From positions 1-64,000 of the IMG/VR virus record IMGVR_UViG_2921643360_000001: DNA of 64,000 bases; one strand, 5' to 3'. The notes under the pieces are model-generated. The model saw nothing but the letters and a program-made list of their open reading frames with translations. It was not told where the DNA came from and searched no databases. The DNA comes from a virus. Below are positions 1 to 9,339 of this stretch, piece by piece (the stretch's first letter is position 1; every line of letters begins with the position of its first letter). The position numbers and the translations under genes were made by a program.

Positions 1-480
1 CGCGACCACGCCCGCGACGCCTGCCGTCGCGTAGAGCCTGATCAGGCGGCGCAACGCATCGTGATCGACGGCACCGTTTGCGGAAAACGGCGTGACAAGG
101 GGAATCCAGATACCCGAAAAATTGAACATGACTTTCCTCGAACGCGACCGTACGGGAACCGTTCAGCGGCGAGGAAGCAGGATCGTAAGCGGGAGTTTCG
201 AGGACCGTTGATCGAGGCTGTTCCGTCGCACATCTGACGGAACAGCGGCTCCGGTCAGATGAGCAACTGTTTTTTGGCTTTGGAAGCGGCGCGTGTGAGC
301 ACAGCACGCAAAGGCGTACCCGTTTCCACACGATCACGAAGCAATGAGCCGTTTTCCATGTCCGCAATAATACAGCAATAATTCAAAGTCTTAGGCCAAA
401 TTCCGTTCCGCAAACAACCAAATATTGACGGCCTGAAAGCCTTGCCCAACCGGATGTCTTTTATTTTTGCGGAACACCTT

Positions 481-1554
481 TCAGCGCGTCGGGCCCACTT
501 TTTCACCTCGGCGCTTCCGAACATAGTGCTCGGTCATGGTAACGGATTCGTGCCCAAGCTGCTTCTGTGCTTCTCGAATGTCGCCCGATGAATCCGCCTT
601 GTCTGTCGCCGCTTTCGCGCGCAAATCGCGTAACTGAAACGAGTTGTCGTCCTTGATGCCCGCCGCCCTTCGGGCGTTCTTGAAGCGCATCTGCATCGCG
701 TTCAGGGTCATCCGTTGGCCCTTCTCGTTGACCACCAGCGCTGTGCTCACGACCTTGTACGACGCCTTGCGGGCTTTGATCCGCTCGATGGCCGTTTTCA
801 GTTCTCCAGCGATCTCCATGCGAATTTTCTTGCCAGTCTTGCCCTGGTCGATCAGAAGGAACCCGTCGCGGATATCTCGCTCGTCAAAATTCAGCGTGTC
901 CTGCGGGCGCTGGCCGGCCAGGTAAGCCAAGTCCATAAAATCCTTGGTCGGCTGGTCGGCCTTCTCATACACGCGCGCAAACAGGTCATCTTCAACGTAG
1001 ACGTCGCGCCCTTCCACCGTGTTCCTCTTGACACCCGTACACGGGTTGGCCGCCTTAGTCAGACCAACTGCGCGAGCCTTGTTGAATATATGGCTGAACA
1101 GCGAGAGTTCCCTGTTAGCGCGCGCATGACCGGCGTTAGGTGGGGCTGCCCTCCCCTTGCTGGCGAACCACTTGACAGACTTCTCATAGCGCCAGCGCAG
1201 ATATGCACTGACATGCATCGGCTCGATCTCGTCGAGGGGTGTGTCGTCTTCGAAGTATTCTTTGAGATTCGCCAACTCCTCCAAGTTGTCTGACTGAGTT
1301 CGCGGCTTCTTGCGGGGCAATTCCTCCCGCAGATAGACGGTCACGGCGTCCCGAAATGTGCTCCCGGCATCTTTCGGCGTATCGGCCTGCTCGATCTCAG
1401 CCCAGCGCGTGACGGCCTTCCGGTAGTCCGTCCCAAGCGACTCCTCGCGTCGAGGTTTGCCGCCGTGGTCGTAGTAATAGTAGATCGTCTCGCCGCGGTG
1501 ACGGGCGCGCATCCCTGGCGGCAAATGAGTGTTGCGCGTCGGCTTCCTGCCCAT
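481..1554 (-). CDS. int: phage integrase (tyrosine recombinase)
   Basis: 357-aa ORF. C-terminal catalytic box has the R..HxxR..Y pattern (LRDLRAKAATD...HESVTMTEHYVR). It is the terminal gene of the minus-strand early block near the window edge. Confidence 0.9.
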   Translation of the reverse strand: MGRKPTRNTHLPPGMRARHRGETIYYYYDHGGKPRREESLGTDYRKAVTRWAEIEQADTPKDAGSTFRDAVTVYLREELPRKKPRTQSDNLEELANLKEYFEDDTPLDEIEPMHVSAYLRWRYEKSVKWFASKGRAAPPNAGHARANRELSLFSHIFNKARAVGLTKAANPCTGVKRNTVEGRDVYVEDDLFARVYEKADQPTKDFMDLAYLAGQRPQDTLNFDERDIRDGFLLIDQGKTGKKIRMEIAGELKTAIERIKARKASYKVVSTALVVNEKGQRMTLNAMQMRFKNARRAAGIKDDNSFQLRDLRAKAATDKADSSGDIREAQKQLGHESVTMTEHYVRKRRGEKVGPTR

Positions 1555-1558
1555 GTTC

Positions 1559-1795
1559 TTATCCTGCGGCTAGAAACTTCGGTTGCCATTTCTTCTTTGG
1601 CGGCTCGGCCTTGGTCTGCCGCCCTTCAATGGCCGTCCTCGGAATTATCGGACGCCCGCGCGCATTCTGCCAGAACGGGATACCCGACGTCCGCAGCCAT
1701 TCGACCTGTAATTCCTCCCGCGTCTTCCCGCGTCGGCCGATTCGCACGCCAGTAAGTTCGGCGACTTCATCAGCAGACAGAAACGTGTCGCTCAT
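1559..1795 (-). CDS. excisionase / AlpA-like small DNA-binding protein
   Basis: 78-aa basic ORF 4 nt upstream of int on the same strand. HTH-like N-terminus (LSADEVAELTGVRIGRRG). Confidence 0.55.
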   Translation of the reverse strand: MSDTFLSADEVAELTGVRIGRRGKTREELQVEWLRTSGIPFWQNARGRPIIPRTAIEGRQTKAEPPKKKWQPKFLAAG

Positions 1796-2091
1796 CCCTT
1801 CTCTCCCATTCTCTTCATCCGCGACAGGTCAAACTCGCACCAACCACCCCGCCGCGACGATATCCAGCAAATCGCCCAAAACGTCCGGTTGCCCTGCATG
1901 GCGCGGATGATGTCTTCGTTACCCGACCAACCGCCAGTAGACAGGTTCAGCACGTCGCCCTCAGTCCACCATCGGTCGGGATAGCTCCATAGCGGCTGCG
2001 TGAACGCCAGCAAGCCAGTCCAATCGGTATGCGGCCACTCTTCGATTCGCTTCAGCGCTTCTTCGGTTGGATAACCGTCGTCATCGAGCAT
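1792..2091 (-). CDS. hypothetical phage protein
   Basis: 99-aa ORF, ATGA overlap with downstream gene, Trp-rich. No recognisable motif. Confidence 0.4.
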   Translation of the reverse strand: MLDDDGYPTEEALKRIEEWPHTDWTGLLAFTQPLWSYPDRWWTEGDVLNLSTGGWSGNEDIIRAMQGNRTFWAICWISSRRGGWCEFDLSRMKRMGEKG

Positions 2092-2146
2092 TCAATCCTC
2101 CATTCCCTCGCGGTAACCCGCAAAATCCGTTGTAACGCTGCTTCCA

Positions 2147-2461
2147 TCAATCCTCGTATCGCTTGTGTCGCTTCGCCTTTGGCGCCCGTCGCCCTCGCAC
2201 TAATGGCCTCGTCTTGATGCAGTAATAAGACTCGGCGCATTTAAAGAAGGCGATGAAGTCAGCGCAGAACGAGTTGCGACGGGCATAGCGGATCGGTGGC
2301 AGGCGTTCGCTGTGGACAGGCCCGAAGCTGCCGACACCCGGAACACGGTCCAGCACCTTCAGTTGCGCCGCGCTGATGCCAAGCACTCGACACAGACGAA
2401 GACCGCCGACGAACTTGTGCTTGAACCGCAGGAAGCGGTAGATTTGACGATGTGTCTTCAT
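2147..2461 (-). CDS. hypothetical protein
   Basis: 104-aa ORF in minus-strand early block; basic. Confidence 0.3.
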   Translation of the reverse strand: MKTHRQIYRFLRFKHKFVGGLRLCRVLGISAAQLKVLDRVPGVGSFGPVHSERLPPIRYARRNSFCADFIAFFKCAESYYCIKTRPLVRGRRAPKAKRHKRYED

Positions 2462-2727
2462 GCTGGCGCCTCCAAACCTATCGCCCTGCGAACTTGACTC
2501 GTACAGTTCGGGCCGATGTGTTTCGCTATTACGAATAGCGCCTTGAATGTCATTCCTATGGCGTCCTCAAACCTCTCTGTTGAAACATGGCTAGGACAAT
2601 CGGCGCCTTCTAGCGCCTCTAGCGCCCATATGATTGCCGCCTCAGTCCTCGGTCGGTCGCCATTGTTCTCCAGCGCCCATTGCAATTCAGCTTTCAATAC
2701 TTCGAGTTCGGTCATAGTTCGCTCCAT
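2458..2727 (-). CDS. hypothetical protein
   Basis: 89-aa ORF, ATGA-coupled to neighbour. Confidence 0.4.
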   Translation of the reverse strand: MERTMTELEVLKAELQWALENNGDRPRTEAAIIWALEALEGADCPSHVSTERFEDAIGMTFKALFVIAKHIGPNCTSQVRRAIGLEAPA

Positions 2728-2903
2728 CGCACCGCGTCATAACGTCCCGTGAAAACACCCCATGCGAGCCTCAAGCGTCGGCGCAGGCAGATTCCCTTGA
2801 ATCCCATCGGCCTAGCCATGTGCCATATGCCTAGGCGTCCGCATGCCGACATATCCCAATCTTTCAGTTCTCGCGCCCAGAACAGGTTCGGCGTGTTCAT
2901 TCC

Positions 2904-3269
2904 TCATCTCCCGAATCCAGCGGACAATGCCGCCCACTCTTCCCCGGCTCGCCATCGCGTAGCTGCGGGCATTGCGAATGGGCGCACTCGCCATCCCGGC
3001 CCGCTGCGCATCCGGTAAGTTTGACGCTCAGCTTTCACTGGCTCGGGGCCATTCGGGCCTTGGCGCAACTCGCGGATAGCCTCGGCATATTCCGTCGCGC
3101 TAAAGTCATGACCGATGCGCTTCTCGCAAGCCTTCGCCGCCTCCTCCAGCGCACCCCGCCTCGCCGCCTCCATCACCTCCCCCGCCACTTCCGCCCAATC
3201 CACGATCTGACCGTTGCAATACTTGATCGCGTGATCGAAGAGGATGTCGCCTGCTTCTGCGTTGGTCAT
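2904..3269 (-). CDS. hypothetical protein
   Basis: 121-aa ORF, coupled to 3266..3766. Confidence 0.4.
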   Translation of the reverse strand: MTNAEAGDILFDHAIKYCNGQIVDWAEVAGEVMEAARRGALEEAAKACEKRIGHDFSATEYAEAIRELRQGPNGPEPVKAERQTYRMRSGPGWRVRPFAMPAATRWRAGEEWAALSAGFGR

Positions 3270-3766
3270 GGGGTCTCCTTGGCGGGAAATGCGGTGAGAG
3301 CGATTCGCGCAACACGCCCAGCCCAGCCAGGGTCAAGCGCCATCTCCACCGGGTCTTGCTTGGCAATGTCTTCGAGTGCTTCGCGTAAAGTCCTGTTCTG
3401 CTCCACTAAATCAGCAATCAACTCGCCGTCTTCGATATCTGCATCGCTGGCGCGCGGAAGGGCTGGTTCGCCCATGTGAGTAGGTCCATTCACAGACGCC
3501 ATGAACTTGCGATTCAGTTCTTCAGCTTCAATCGCGCGCTTCTTCCACCCAAGCAACTCGCACCAATCCTCATGATCGGCATCCATGCCGGGTGCAACAC
3601 TGTTTCCGCATGATTGGCAGCGCCTAGGGGCATCAAGACCGAGAGTTCCCGCATCAAAGGCTGGCTGCGATGCACCCGCAATCGCAACCGCCAGCGCATG
3701 AACGTCCAGGCCGCCGCCGTAGTCGATGTGTTCGCGGATTAGTGCGTCTGCTTCGTCGTAGGTCAT
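3266..3766 (-). CDS. hypothetical protein
   Basis: 166-aa acidic ORF in early-left operon. Confidence 0.45.
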   Translation of the reverse strand: MTYDEADALIREHIDYGGGLDVHALAVAIAGASQPAFDAGTLGLDAPRRCQSCGNSVAPGMDADHEDWCELLGWKKRAIEAEELNRKFMASVNGPTHMGEPALPRASDADIEDGELIADLVEQNRTLREALEDIAKQDPVEMALDPGWAGRVARIALTAFPAKETP

Positions 3767-3805
3767 GGTGTCCTCATTGGACCCGGAGAACCGGGCCCGC
3801 CTCCG

Positions 3806-4639
3806 TTACTTGCTGAGTTGGATCATCGGCATTGCGCTGCCCATCATGTACTGAGGGTAGTGCCCGTCCCATTTGGCGATCTTCTGTTGCTCGATCAGCG
3901 CGGGGTTTGCCTCAAGCGATTTGCCCGTCAGCTCATTGGCCTTGGCGTTGTTCTCAGCAACCTTCAGCGCTGCCTCAGACTCAACGACGCGCTTTTGCGC
4001 TTCCCACTTCGTCTGGGCAATTTCGTTCTCGACGCGCAATGCGTTCTGCTGGGCGGTGATCTTCGCCTCAATGGCGTCGTTGAACTGCTTGCTAAACTGG
4101 AAGTCAACGATGTTCACCGCCGACACATTCACGCCGATATTCTTGAACCGAGTCAGCAACGCCTCGCGGATCTCCTGACTAACCTGGTCCCGCTTCTGAA
4201 TCAGGTCAGTAGCTTCGTATCGGGCCACGATAGCCTTCACGATGTCATGCACTGCCGGGTCCATGACTTGCGCCCACGGATCGCCGCCGAGATTGGCATA
4301 AACGCCGACTGCCGCAGTCGGAAGAATATTGAAGTTGACGGCGACCTTCATGTCGGCCTGTTGCAGGTCTTTTGAAGAACCCGCGATATCCGATTGCGCC
4401 TTGTACACGCCGATGTAGACCGTGTGCATCGACTGCGAAATCGGCATACGGAAGTGGATGCCGGGCTCGTACACCGTGGCGGATGGAGCGCCGAACGTGG
4501 TCATCACGCCGACGTAGCCCGCTGGCACGGATGCGAACGGCCAGAGGATGAAAAGCGCGATGAGCAATACAACTGCGCCGATAGCGCCGAGGATCAGCTT
4601 GATGCCGCCTCGCGGGACTTCTCTGGATGCAACAGCCAT
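3806..4639 (-). CDS. SPFH / band-7 (prohibitin, HflK/HflC-like) membrane protein
   Basis: N-terminal TM helix (LILGAIGAVVLLIALFILWPF) followed by a band-7 core (GYVGVMTTFG...) and a C-terminal coiled-coil/Ala-rich tail. Start chosen at Met47 of the listed ORF (ATG at 4637-4639), which has an AAGGA RBS 7 nt upstream. Confidence 0.8.
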   Translation of the reverse strand: MAVASREVPRGGIKLILGAIGAVVLLIALFILWPFASVPAGYVGVMTTFGAPSATVYEPGIHFRMPISQSMHTVYIGVYKAQSDIAGSSKDLQQADMKVAVNFNILPTAAVGVYANLGGDPWAQVMDPAVHDIVKAIVARYEATDLIQKRDQVSQEIREALLTRFKNIGVNVSAVNIVDFQFSKQFNDAIEAKITAQQNALRVENEIAQTKWEAQKRVVESEAALKVAENNAKANELTGKSLEANPALIEQQKIAKWDGHYPQYMMGSAMPMIQLSK

Positions 4640-4795
4640 TTGATTTTCCTTGTGGGTAGAAAAAGAGACCCGAACCGAAGTCCGGGCCTTAAGCGCCGTC
4701 CCAGTGGACCTACTGGCACGGATGGAGAAGAAGTGCCGCTGCCCTTGGTTCATGCGAAACGCGCTAGGCCAATGCATGTGGGCTGCGGCGGTAAG

Positions 4796-5227
4796 TCAGA
4801 ACGGCACATCGTCCGCCATGTCCTCGAAACCACCACCAGCCGGCGCACGTTGCGGCGCTGGACGCTGCTGCGGCTTCGGTGCTGGCGCGGGCGCTTGCTG
4901 CTGCGGCTGACCACCTCCCGCCAGGTCAATTGCAGTGATCCGACCGGCGAGCTTCACGCCTTCGGTGCCGTCCGCTTTCTTGAATGTCTCGATGTGTGTG
5001 TCTTCCAGCGCGACGGTAACAAGCGCGCCTTTCGTGAAGTACGGGGCCAACGCCTCTGCGCGCTTACCCCACAAAGCACCGTCGACCCACTGAACCGGCT
5101 TCTTTCCGTCGTCGCCCTTGCGCCCATAACTGAACGCCAGTGAGACGCTCGCGACGGCATCGCCGCCCGTTGTGTTGCGCACTTCAACATCTCGACCGAT
5201 GCGGGCCAATCCGAAAATTTGAATCAT
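4796..5227 (-). CDS. ssb: single-stranded DNA-binding protein
   Basis: OB-fold N-terminus, Gly/Gln/Pro-rich linker and the canonical acidic C-terminal tail ...DMADDVPF. Confidence 0.85.
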   Translation of the reverse strand: MIQIFGLARIGRDVEVRNTTGGDAVASVSLAFSYGRKGDDGKKPVQWVDGALWGKRAEALAPYFTKGALVTVALEDTHIETFKKADGTEGVKLAGRITAIDLAGGGQPQQQAPAPAPKPQQRPAPQRAPAGGGFEDMADDVPF

Positions 5228-5250
5228 GATTCGCTCTTGTGTAAGGTGGA

Positions 5251-5904
5251 TCAGGCGGCCATCGCCGCAATTTGTTTGTGGGTTGCGTCGACTTCGAACA
5301 GAAACTGACGCAACGCCACTTCGTACTCTTTGATCAGCGCTTCATCACGCTCCCATCGGAAGACGAACAGTTGCAGCTTCTCCGGCATGTCGGGATCGAA
5401 GCTCACAAAGTCGACGAACTCCGCGCCGGTCACCAGCGTGTTGTGCAGTACCTGATTCATGTACGTCGGCGGGATGCGTTTCTCAATCAGATACTTGAAG
5501 TGCGTTTTGGTCTTCGGGCACTTGCCCTCCCACAGACCAAGGCGACCGCCATCGACCAGAAGTCCATCCGGGCTGCAGCCCGCCATCATGTCTTCGCGGT
5601 AGACGAACCCGCATTGCTCGACCGCGATGCCGGTTTGGATCTCGTATCGCATCCTGGCGAATGGCTCTCGGTCATGCCCGCGCTCAGTGTCTGCGCTCGA
5701 AAACTCATCCGCGCACGATTTGCACAGCAATCGCTCAAGAGCCAGTTGCACGCGGTAATCGGCCCGCGTCGCCGCCTCTCCAGAACCGGACCTTGCCTTG
5801 GCGGTGACTGCTGCTGCGTTTGAGCCCGTAACACGTCCGGCGCGGTCAGCCATCCATTCTGGTGTGTTTTGCGGATGCTCCGAGACGATGAAATTCCGCT
5901 TCAT
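5251..5904 (-). CDS. YqaJ-like viral recombinase-domain exonuclease (lambda Exo-like)
   Basis: Start chosen at MKRNFIVSEHPQNTPEW (ATG 5902-5904), which overlaps the stop of the upstream annealing-protein gene. PD-(D/E)xK-like region (DGLLVDGGRLGLWEGK). Paired with an ERF-type SSAP. Confidence 0.75.
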   Translation of the reverse strand: MKRNFIVSEHPQNTPEWMADRAGRVTGSNAAAVTAKARSGSGEAATRADYRVQLALERLLCKSCADEFSSADTERGHDREPFARMRYEIQTGIAVEQCGFVYREDMMAGCSPDGLLVDGGRLGLWEGKCPKTKTHFKYLIEKRIPPTYMNQVLHNTLVTGAEFVDFVSFDPDMPEKLQLFVFRWERDEALIKEYEVALRQFLFEVDATHKQIAAMAA

Positions 5905-6713
5905 TGCGCACTCCCTCCGATTTCGCCCTTCTTCTTGTCGGCCAAAACCTTGAACTGGTTCCAGCTTGCGACGTCGCCAATCGCCTCGAACGCTGCGCCA
6001 GCCATTGCGCGAATGCGACGAATGTCGTCGGCGGTGGCTGCGGACGTCAACTGGGTTTCCCACTTCATCCAAGTTTCGTCGGCGCTAGGCTTGCCATCAG
6101 ACCCATGGCCGTCGTCGTCGGCCTGATCCTTGGTGGCTAAGCCAACAGCAGCCAGCAGCGAATAGCGCTCCAGGTAGGTCACGGTCGACGACATCGCCTG
6201 GATGCTGTTCTTCCCTCCAGACTGGTCAAGGCCGGCCTCAAGCGTCGTTTCTTCGCTATGGCCCAGCTTGTGTTTGATGACGCACGTGATGGACATCATT
6301 CCGCCTTCGGTGCGACGCGGAATCCAGCGATGACTGAATCCATAGGTCGCTAGCGACGCAACCACCTTTTCCACTACGTTGCCGATGGTGGCGTGGTCGT
6401 ACGCGGTGACCCCGCTGTTCGTCTTGAACTCGACGTGCTTGTCCTTGAGGATCGTCGGCGGGTTCAGCTTGAACTCAGCCATTGATGCGTCAAACGCCTT
6501 CCTCGCCTCGCGGTCTTCCCACTGCATTTGCATCTGCATGAGCCGTTCAAGACGATCAAGGTCGGCACCACTTTCAAGCGCATATCGCACAAGGTCTGCC
6601 GGCGTGGCGGATGCCGCGGTGACAGCGCGCGTCTGTTGAACTGCCGGTGGCTTTGCTGCGATCGGTTCGGCCATCTCAACATCTGTAATGTCTGCCATGG
6701 TTGCGGTTTGCAT
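5901..6713 (-). CDS. erf: ERF-family single-strand annealing protein
   Basis: Core resembles P22 Erf (SSTVTYLERYSLLAAVGLA vs SSYARKYCLNGLFGIDD), followed by an acidic DQADDDG stretch. Sits next to the exonuclease and SSB. Confidence 0.65.
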   Translation of the reverse strand: MQTATMADITDVEMAEPIAAKPPAVQQTRAVTAASATPADLVRYALESGADLDRLERLMQMQMQWEDREARKAFDASMAEFKLNPPTILKDKHVEFKTNSGVTAYDHATIGNVVEKVVASLATYGFSHRWIPRRTEGGMMSITCVIKHKLGHSEETTLEAGLDQSGGKNSIQAMSSTVTYLERYSLLAAVGLATKDQADDDGHGSDGKPSADETWMKWETQLTSAATADDIRRIRAMAGAAFEAIGDVASWNQFKVLADKKKGEIGGSAQ

Positions 6714-6724
6714 GCTTGCTCCAG

Positions 6725-7924
6725 TTAGTTAGCGGCGACGTTCGCGGCAGCGAAATACTCATCCGCTGCGGCGTAGTCGAATTTCTTCATCCAGCCCATT
6801 ACGTCGCCGATCTCGACGTCGTATTGGTCGGCCAGCAACTTCACAATCTCCACATCACCGGGGCCGTTTGCGGCGAATTGTTCCTGTTCGCGTCGGATTT
6901 GCTCTTGCACGGCGGCTCGGCGCACTGCCTCGATTCGATCAGCTTCGGCGCGTGCGGCGGCGTCAGCCTCTTCCTTCTTACGGCGTTCTTCGGCGGCTAC
7001 TCGCGCGGCCTCGGCGGCAATCGCTTCCTGCTTCTCACGCTCAACGCGGGCTGCTTCATCCGCTTGGCGTTGGCGTTCGGCGTCAATCTCGGCTTGCTGG
7101 CGAGCCATTTCGGCCTGGTGTTCGCGGACCTGCTTTGCGTGCGCCTCTTGTTCCGCCCGCAACTCGGCGGCGGCCTTATCCTGCTCAGCCTTCACGCGGG
7201 CCGCCTCACGTTCGCGGGCCTCACGTGCCAATTGCTCATCAAGCGCGCGCGCCTGTGCGATTTGCCGATCGCGTTCGGCCTGCGCCCGTCGTTCCGCCTC
7301 CAGCGCTGCACGTTCCTCAGCGAGCTTGGCTTGTGCGGCTTCGTGCGCTTGCTGGGCGATCAGCGCTTCGCAAAGTTTCGCCAGCGCGGCCACTTTGGAC
7401 ATCTCCGCTTCACCGGCAAGCTCGGCAAACTCTTCCAGAGTGATTTCGTGTGTCGACAGTTCGTCAATCGCGCCTTGAATCTCGGCGGCGGACTTACCCA
7501 TCGCAAAGACGATCGAATCCTTGATCTGGTCGATCTTGGCGCGGATGCCGTCGACACGTTGTTTCTCGGCGGCGGCTTTGGCGGCTTTCTCGGCCTCACG
7601 TTCCTTATCCCACGCGTCACGCAACGCAAGCAGCCGGGTTTCTTCTGCCGAAATAATCGCGATGCGGCGCTTTACCTCGGCAATCACTGCCTTCTGAAAC
7701 GCGTTCGCATCCTCACGGGCCACTTCGCCGGTCTTGGTCGTCGCGATTCGCGCATTGCCTAATTCCATCGCCGCGGCGTGACATTGCTGGCGCGCGGCTG
7801 GGTTCTTGATCTCCACAATATCGACGTACTTTTTCGATAGCGCGATCAGGGCCTTCTCGCCTTCGTCGGCGCCAAGCGCAAGCGCTGCGCGCTCAGGCAC
7901 CGTCAATTCATTCTTCTCTTCCAC
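6725..7924 (-). CDS. long coiled-coil protein, unknown function
   Basis: 399-aa ORF with a roughly 250-aa A/E/R/Q-rich heptad-like stretch (EAERRAQAERDRQIAQARALDEQLAREAREREAARVKAEQ...). Confidence 0.5.
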   Translation of the reverse strand: MEEKNELTVPERAALALGADEGEKALIALSKKYVDIVEIKNPAARQQCHAAAMELGNARIATTKTGEVAREDANAFQKAVIAEVKRRIAIISAEETRLLALRDAWDKEREAEKAAKAAAEKQRVDGIRAKIDQIKDSIVFAMGKSAAEIQGAIDELSTHEITLEEFAELAGEAEMSKVAALAKLCEALIAQQAHEAAQAKLAEERAALEAERRAQAERDRQIAQARALDEQLAREAREREAARVKAEQDKAAAELRAEQEAHAKQVREHQAEMARQQAEIDAERQRQADEAARVEREKQEAIAAEAARVAAEERRKKEEADAAARAEADRIEAVRRAAVQEQIRREQEQFAANGPGDVEIVKLLADQYDVEIGDVMGWMKKFDYAAADEYFAAANVAAN

Positions 7925-7946
7925 ACTCGTTCCCCTTCGTTATTCG

Positions 7947-8159
7947 TTAAATTTCATTCCGCTGCCGTTCGATCCACGCCCACACCATCCGCTTGATTTC
8001 CGCCTCACTCGGCATGTCGCCGGCATTCACATGTGCGTGGATGATTTCGAGCGTTTCAGCTTGTCCGCTGTGTTCGGGCGGCCACACTGCAAAGTTGACG
8101 GTTAGCGTGTCGTCGCGGTCGTCGTCGGTCAGCGGTAGGTCGATCTTCGTTACGATCAT
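7947..8159 (-). CDS. hypothetical small protein
   Basis: 70-aa acidic ORF; first in a chain of ATGA-overlapping small early genes. Confidence 0.35.
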   Translation of the reverse strand: MIVTKIDLPLTDDDRDDTLTVNFAVWPPEHSGQAETLEIIHAHVNAGDMPSEAEIKRMVWAWIERQRNEI

Positions 8160-8356
8160 TCGTCATCTCCCGTTGACCACTTCGACTTGTACTCAGCGAT
8201 GAATTCCGGCTCAAAACTGGACTGCCAGCCGCACGCGTGACAACGGAACTGCGCCCCCGTCCACGATGCGCGCGGCCACATGCCTCGGCATTTCTCATTG
8301 CCGCAATACGGCGAGTAGCCGGGTTCGTTCATTAGGTTGTCGCGGACGATGCTCAC
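8156..8356 (-). CDS. hypothetical Cys-rich small protein (zinc-ribbon-like)
   Basis: 66 aa with a CGNEKC...CHAC motif. Confidence 0.4.
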   Translation of the reverse strand: MSIVRDNLMNEPGYSPYCGNEKCRGMWPRASWTGAQFRCHACGWQSSFEPEFIAEYKSKWSTGDDE

Positions 8357-8556
8357 AGAATCACTCCCGCATGTCCGTTGAATCGTCGGCGCAAGTCCTT
8401 CAGCGCCTCATCGCGCGAGCCATACCATTTGGCCTCTAGACGCATCCGACCGTCTTCATGGGCACGGACAACCCAATCGTCACCGTGCGGATGACCGGGG
8501 GCGATGTCGCGCTGGATGTACCAGCGACGTTTGGGGTAACGCTTTGCGATGCTCAC
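8353..8556 (-). CDS. hypothetical small protein
   Basis: 67-aa ORF, overlapping stop/start with neighbours. Confidence 0.35.
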   Translation of the reverse strand: MSIAKRYPKRRWYIQRDIAPGHPHGDDWVVRAHEDGRMRLEAKWYGSRDEALKDLRRRFNGHAGVIL

Positions 8557-8756
8557 GCGGCTCCCCTGATGAATTGAATGTGTTGGTATTGCCGTGCGAT
8601 GCTGGGCGGCACGTATGACTGGCCGATAGCGACGCGCGGCTCAGTCAGTCCAAGTGCTTCGCGCTGGCGGCTGCGGCGGATTTCTTGGCGCTCTGCGTCG
8701 GTCAGTGCCCATCGTGTGTCGATGTGGCGGAGATCATTGAGACCGTTCATGTTCAA
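8553..8756 (-). CDS. hypothetical small protein
   Basis: 67-aa ORF. Confidence 0.35.
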   Translation of the reverse strand: MNMNGLNDLRHIDTRWALTDAERQEIRRSRQREALGLTEPRVAIGQSYVPPSIARQYQHIQFIRGAA

Positions 8757-8959
8757 CCTCCGATCAATTGTTTAAGAACGAGAACAGCGATCACGACTAC
8801 TGCCGCTGCTGTCGTCCACATAAGAATCTCGGCGCGATCCCTGTCTTGCTGGGCAAGGCGCTGCTGTTCTTCGTGCCTCGTGGCGTCGGCGGCGCATGCG
8901 GCCATGCCTTCGTCTGACAGATACGTAACGGCGCCTTCGTGATACTCGATAGTCAGCAT
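8753..8959 (-). CDS. hypothetical small membrane protein
   Basis: 68-aa ORF with a C-terminal hydrophobic helix (TTAAAVVVIAVLVLKQLIGG). Confidence 0.35.
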   Translation of the reverse strand: MLTIEYHEGAVTYLSDEGMAACAADATRHEEQQRLAQQDRDRAEILMWTTAAAVVVIAVLVLKQLIGG

Positions 8960-9123
8960 GCTTCCCTCGCTTTAATCATGGCATCAGCGATTTCATACGC
9001 CTCCAGTGCGCATTGATTCGCGCCTTGGGTGTGGTACATCCCGGCGCACAGAATCCCCTGAAGCGCCCCCGTCCATAGCTTGCTTGCCGCCCGCCAGTGC
9101 AAACTCCAAATCACTCGTTTGAC

Positions 9124-9339
9124 TCATCGCCCGACTCCCATCTCATCCCACAAGCGCACCGTTCGCGGCGCTGCGTCCTGCTTGTTCCAACCGTTTTCCG
9201 AGTGGCCGATGTCGAAATCGTCGTCAGAGTAGGATTCGACGCCCTCGAAATACTCGTCCTGCTTGCGGTCTTGCTGGTATTGCCAGTCGCCGTAAGCGCG
9301 TTGTTCCTGCTTGTGCTTTCGTTCGGTTCGATAGCCCAT
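9124..9339 (-). CDS. hypothetical small protein
   Basis: 71-aa ORF. Confidence 0.3.
   Translation of the reverse strand: MGYRTERKHKQEQRAYGDWQYQQDRKQDEYFEGVESYSDDDFDIGHSENGWNKQDAAPRTVRLWDEMGVGR

Noticed and set aside
1-480. Looked for a tRNA or tmRNA gene or an obvious att core next to the integrase
   Set aside because: No T-loop-like GTTCGAATC / acceptor-CCA pattern on either strand. The 63-aa and 89-aa ORFs there have non-protein-like composition. Only an inverted repeat at 218-245 was found. The right end of the prophage lies outside the window, so direct repeats cannot be paired.
6701-7762. 353-aa plus-strand ORF antisense to the coiled-coil gene, and similar long antisense ORFs (644-1293 inside int, 5272-5823, 18574-19236, 19431-20186, 32351-33523, 37200-38087, 46041-47080)
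   Set aside because: Typical high-GC shadow ORFs. They are Leu/Arg/Gly-rich with low complexity, have no RBS, and each overlaps a well-supported gene on the other strand.
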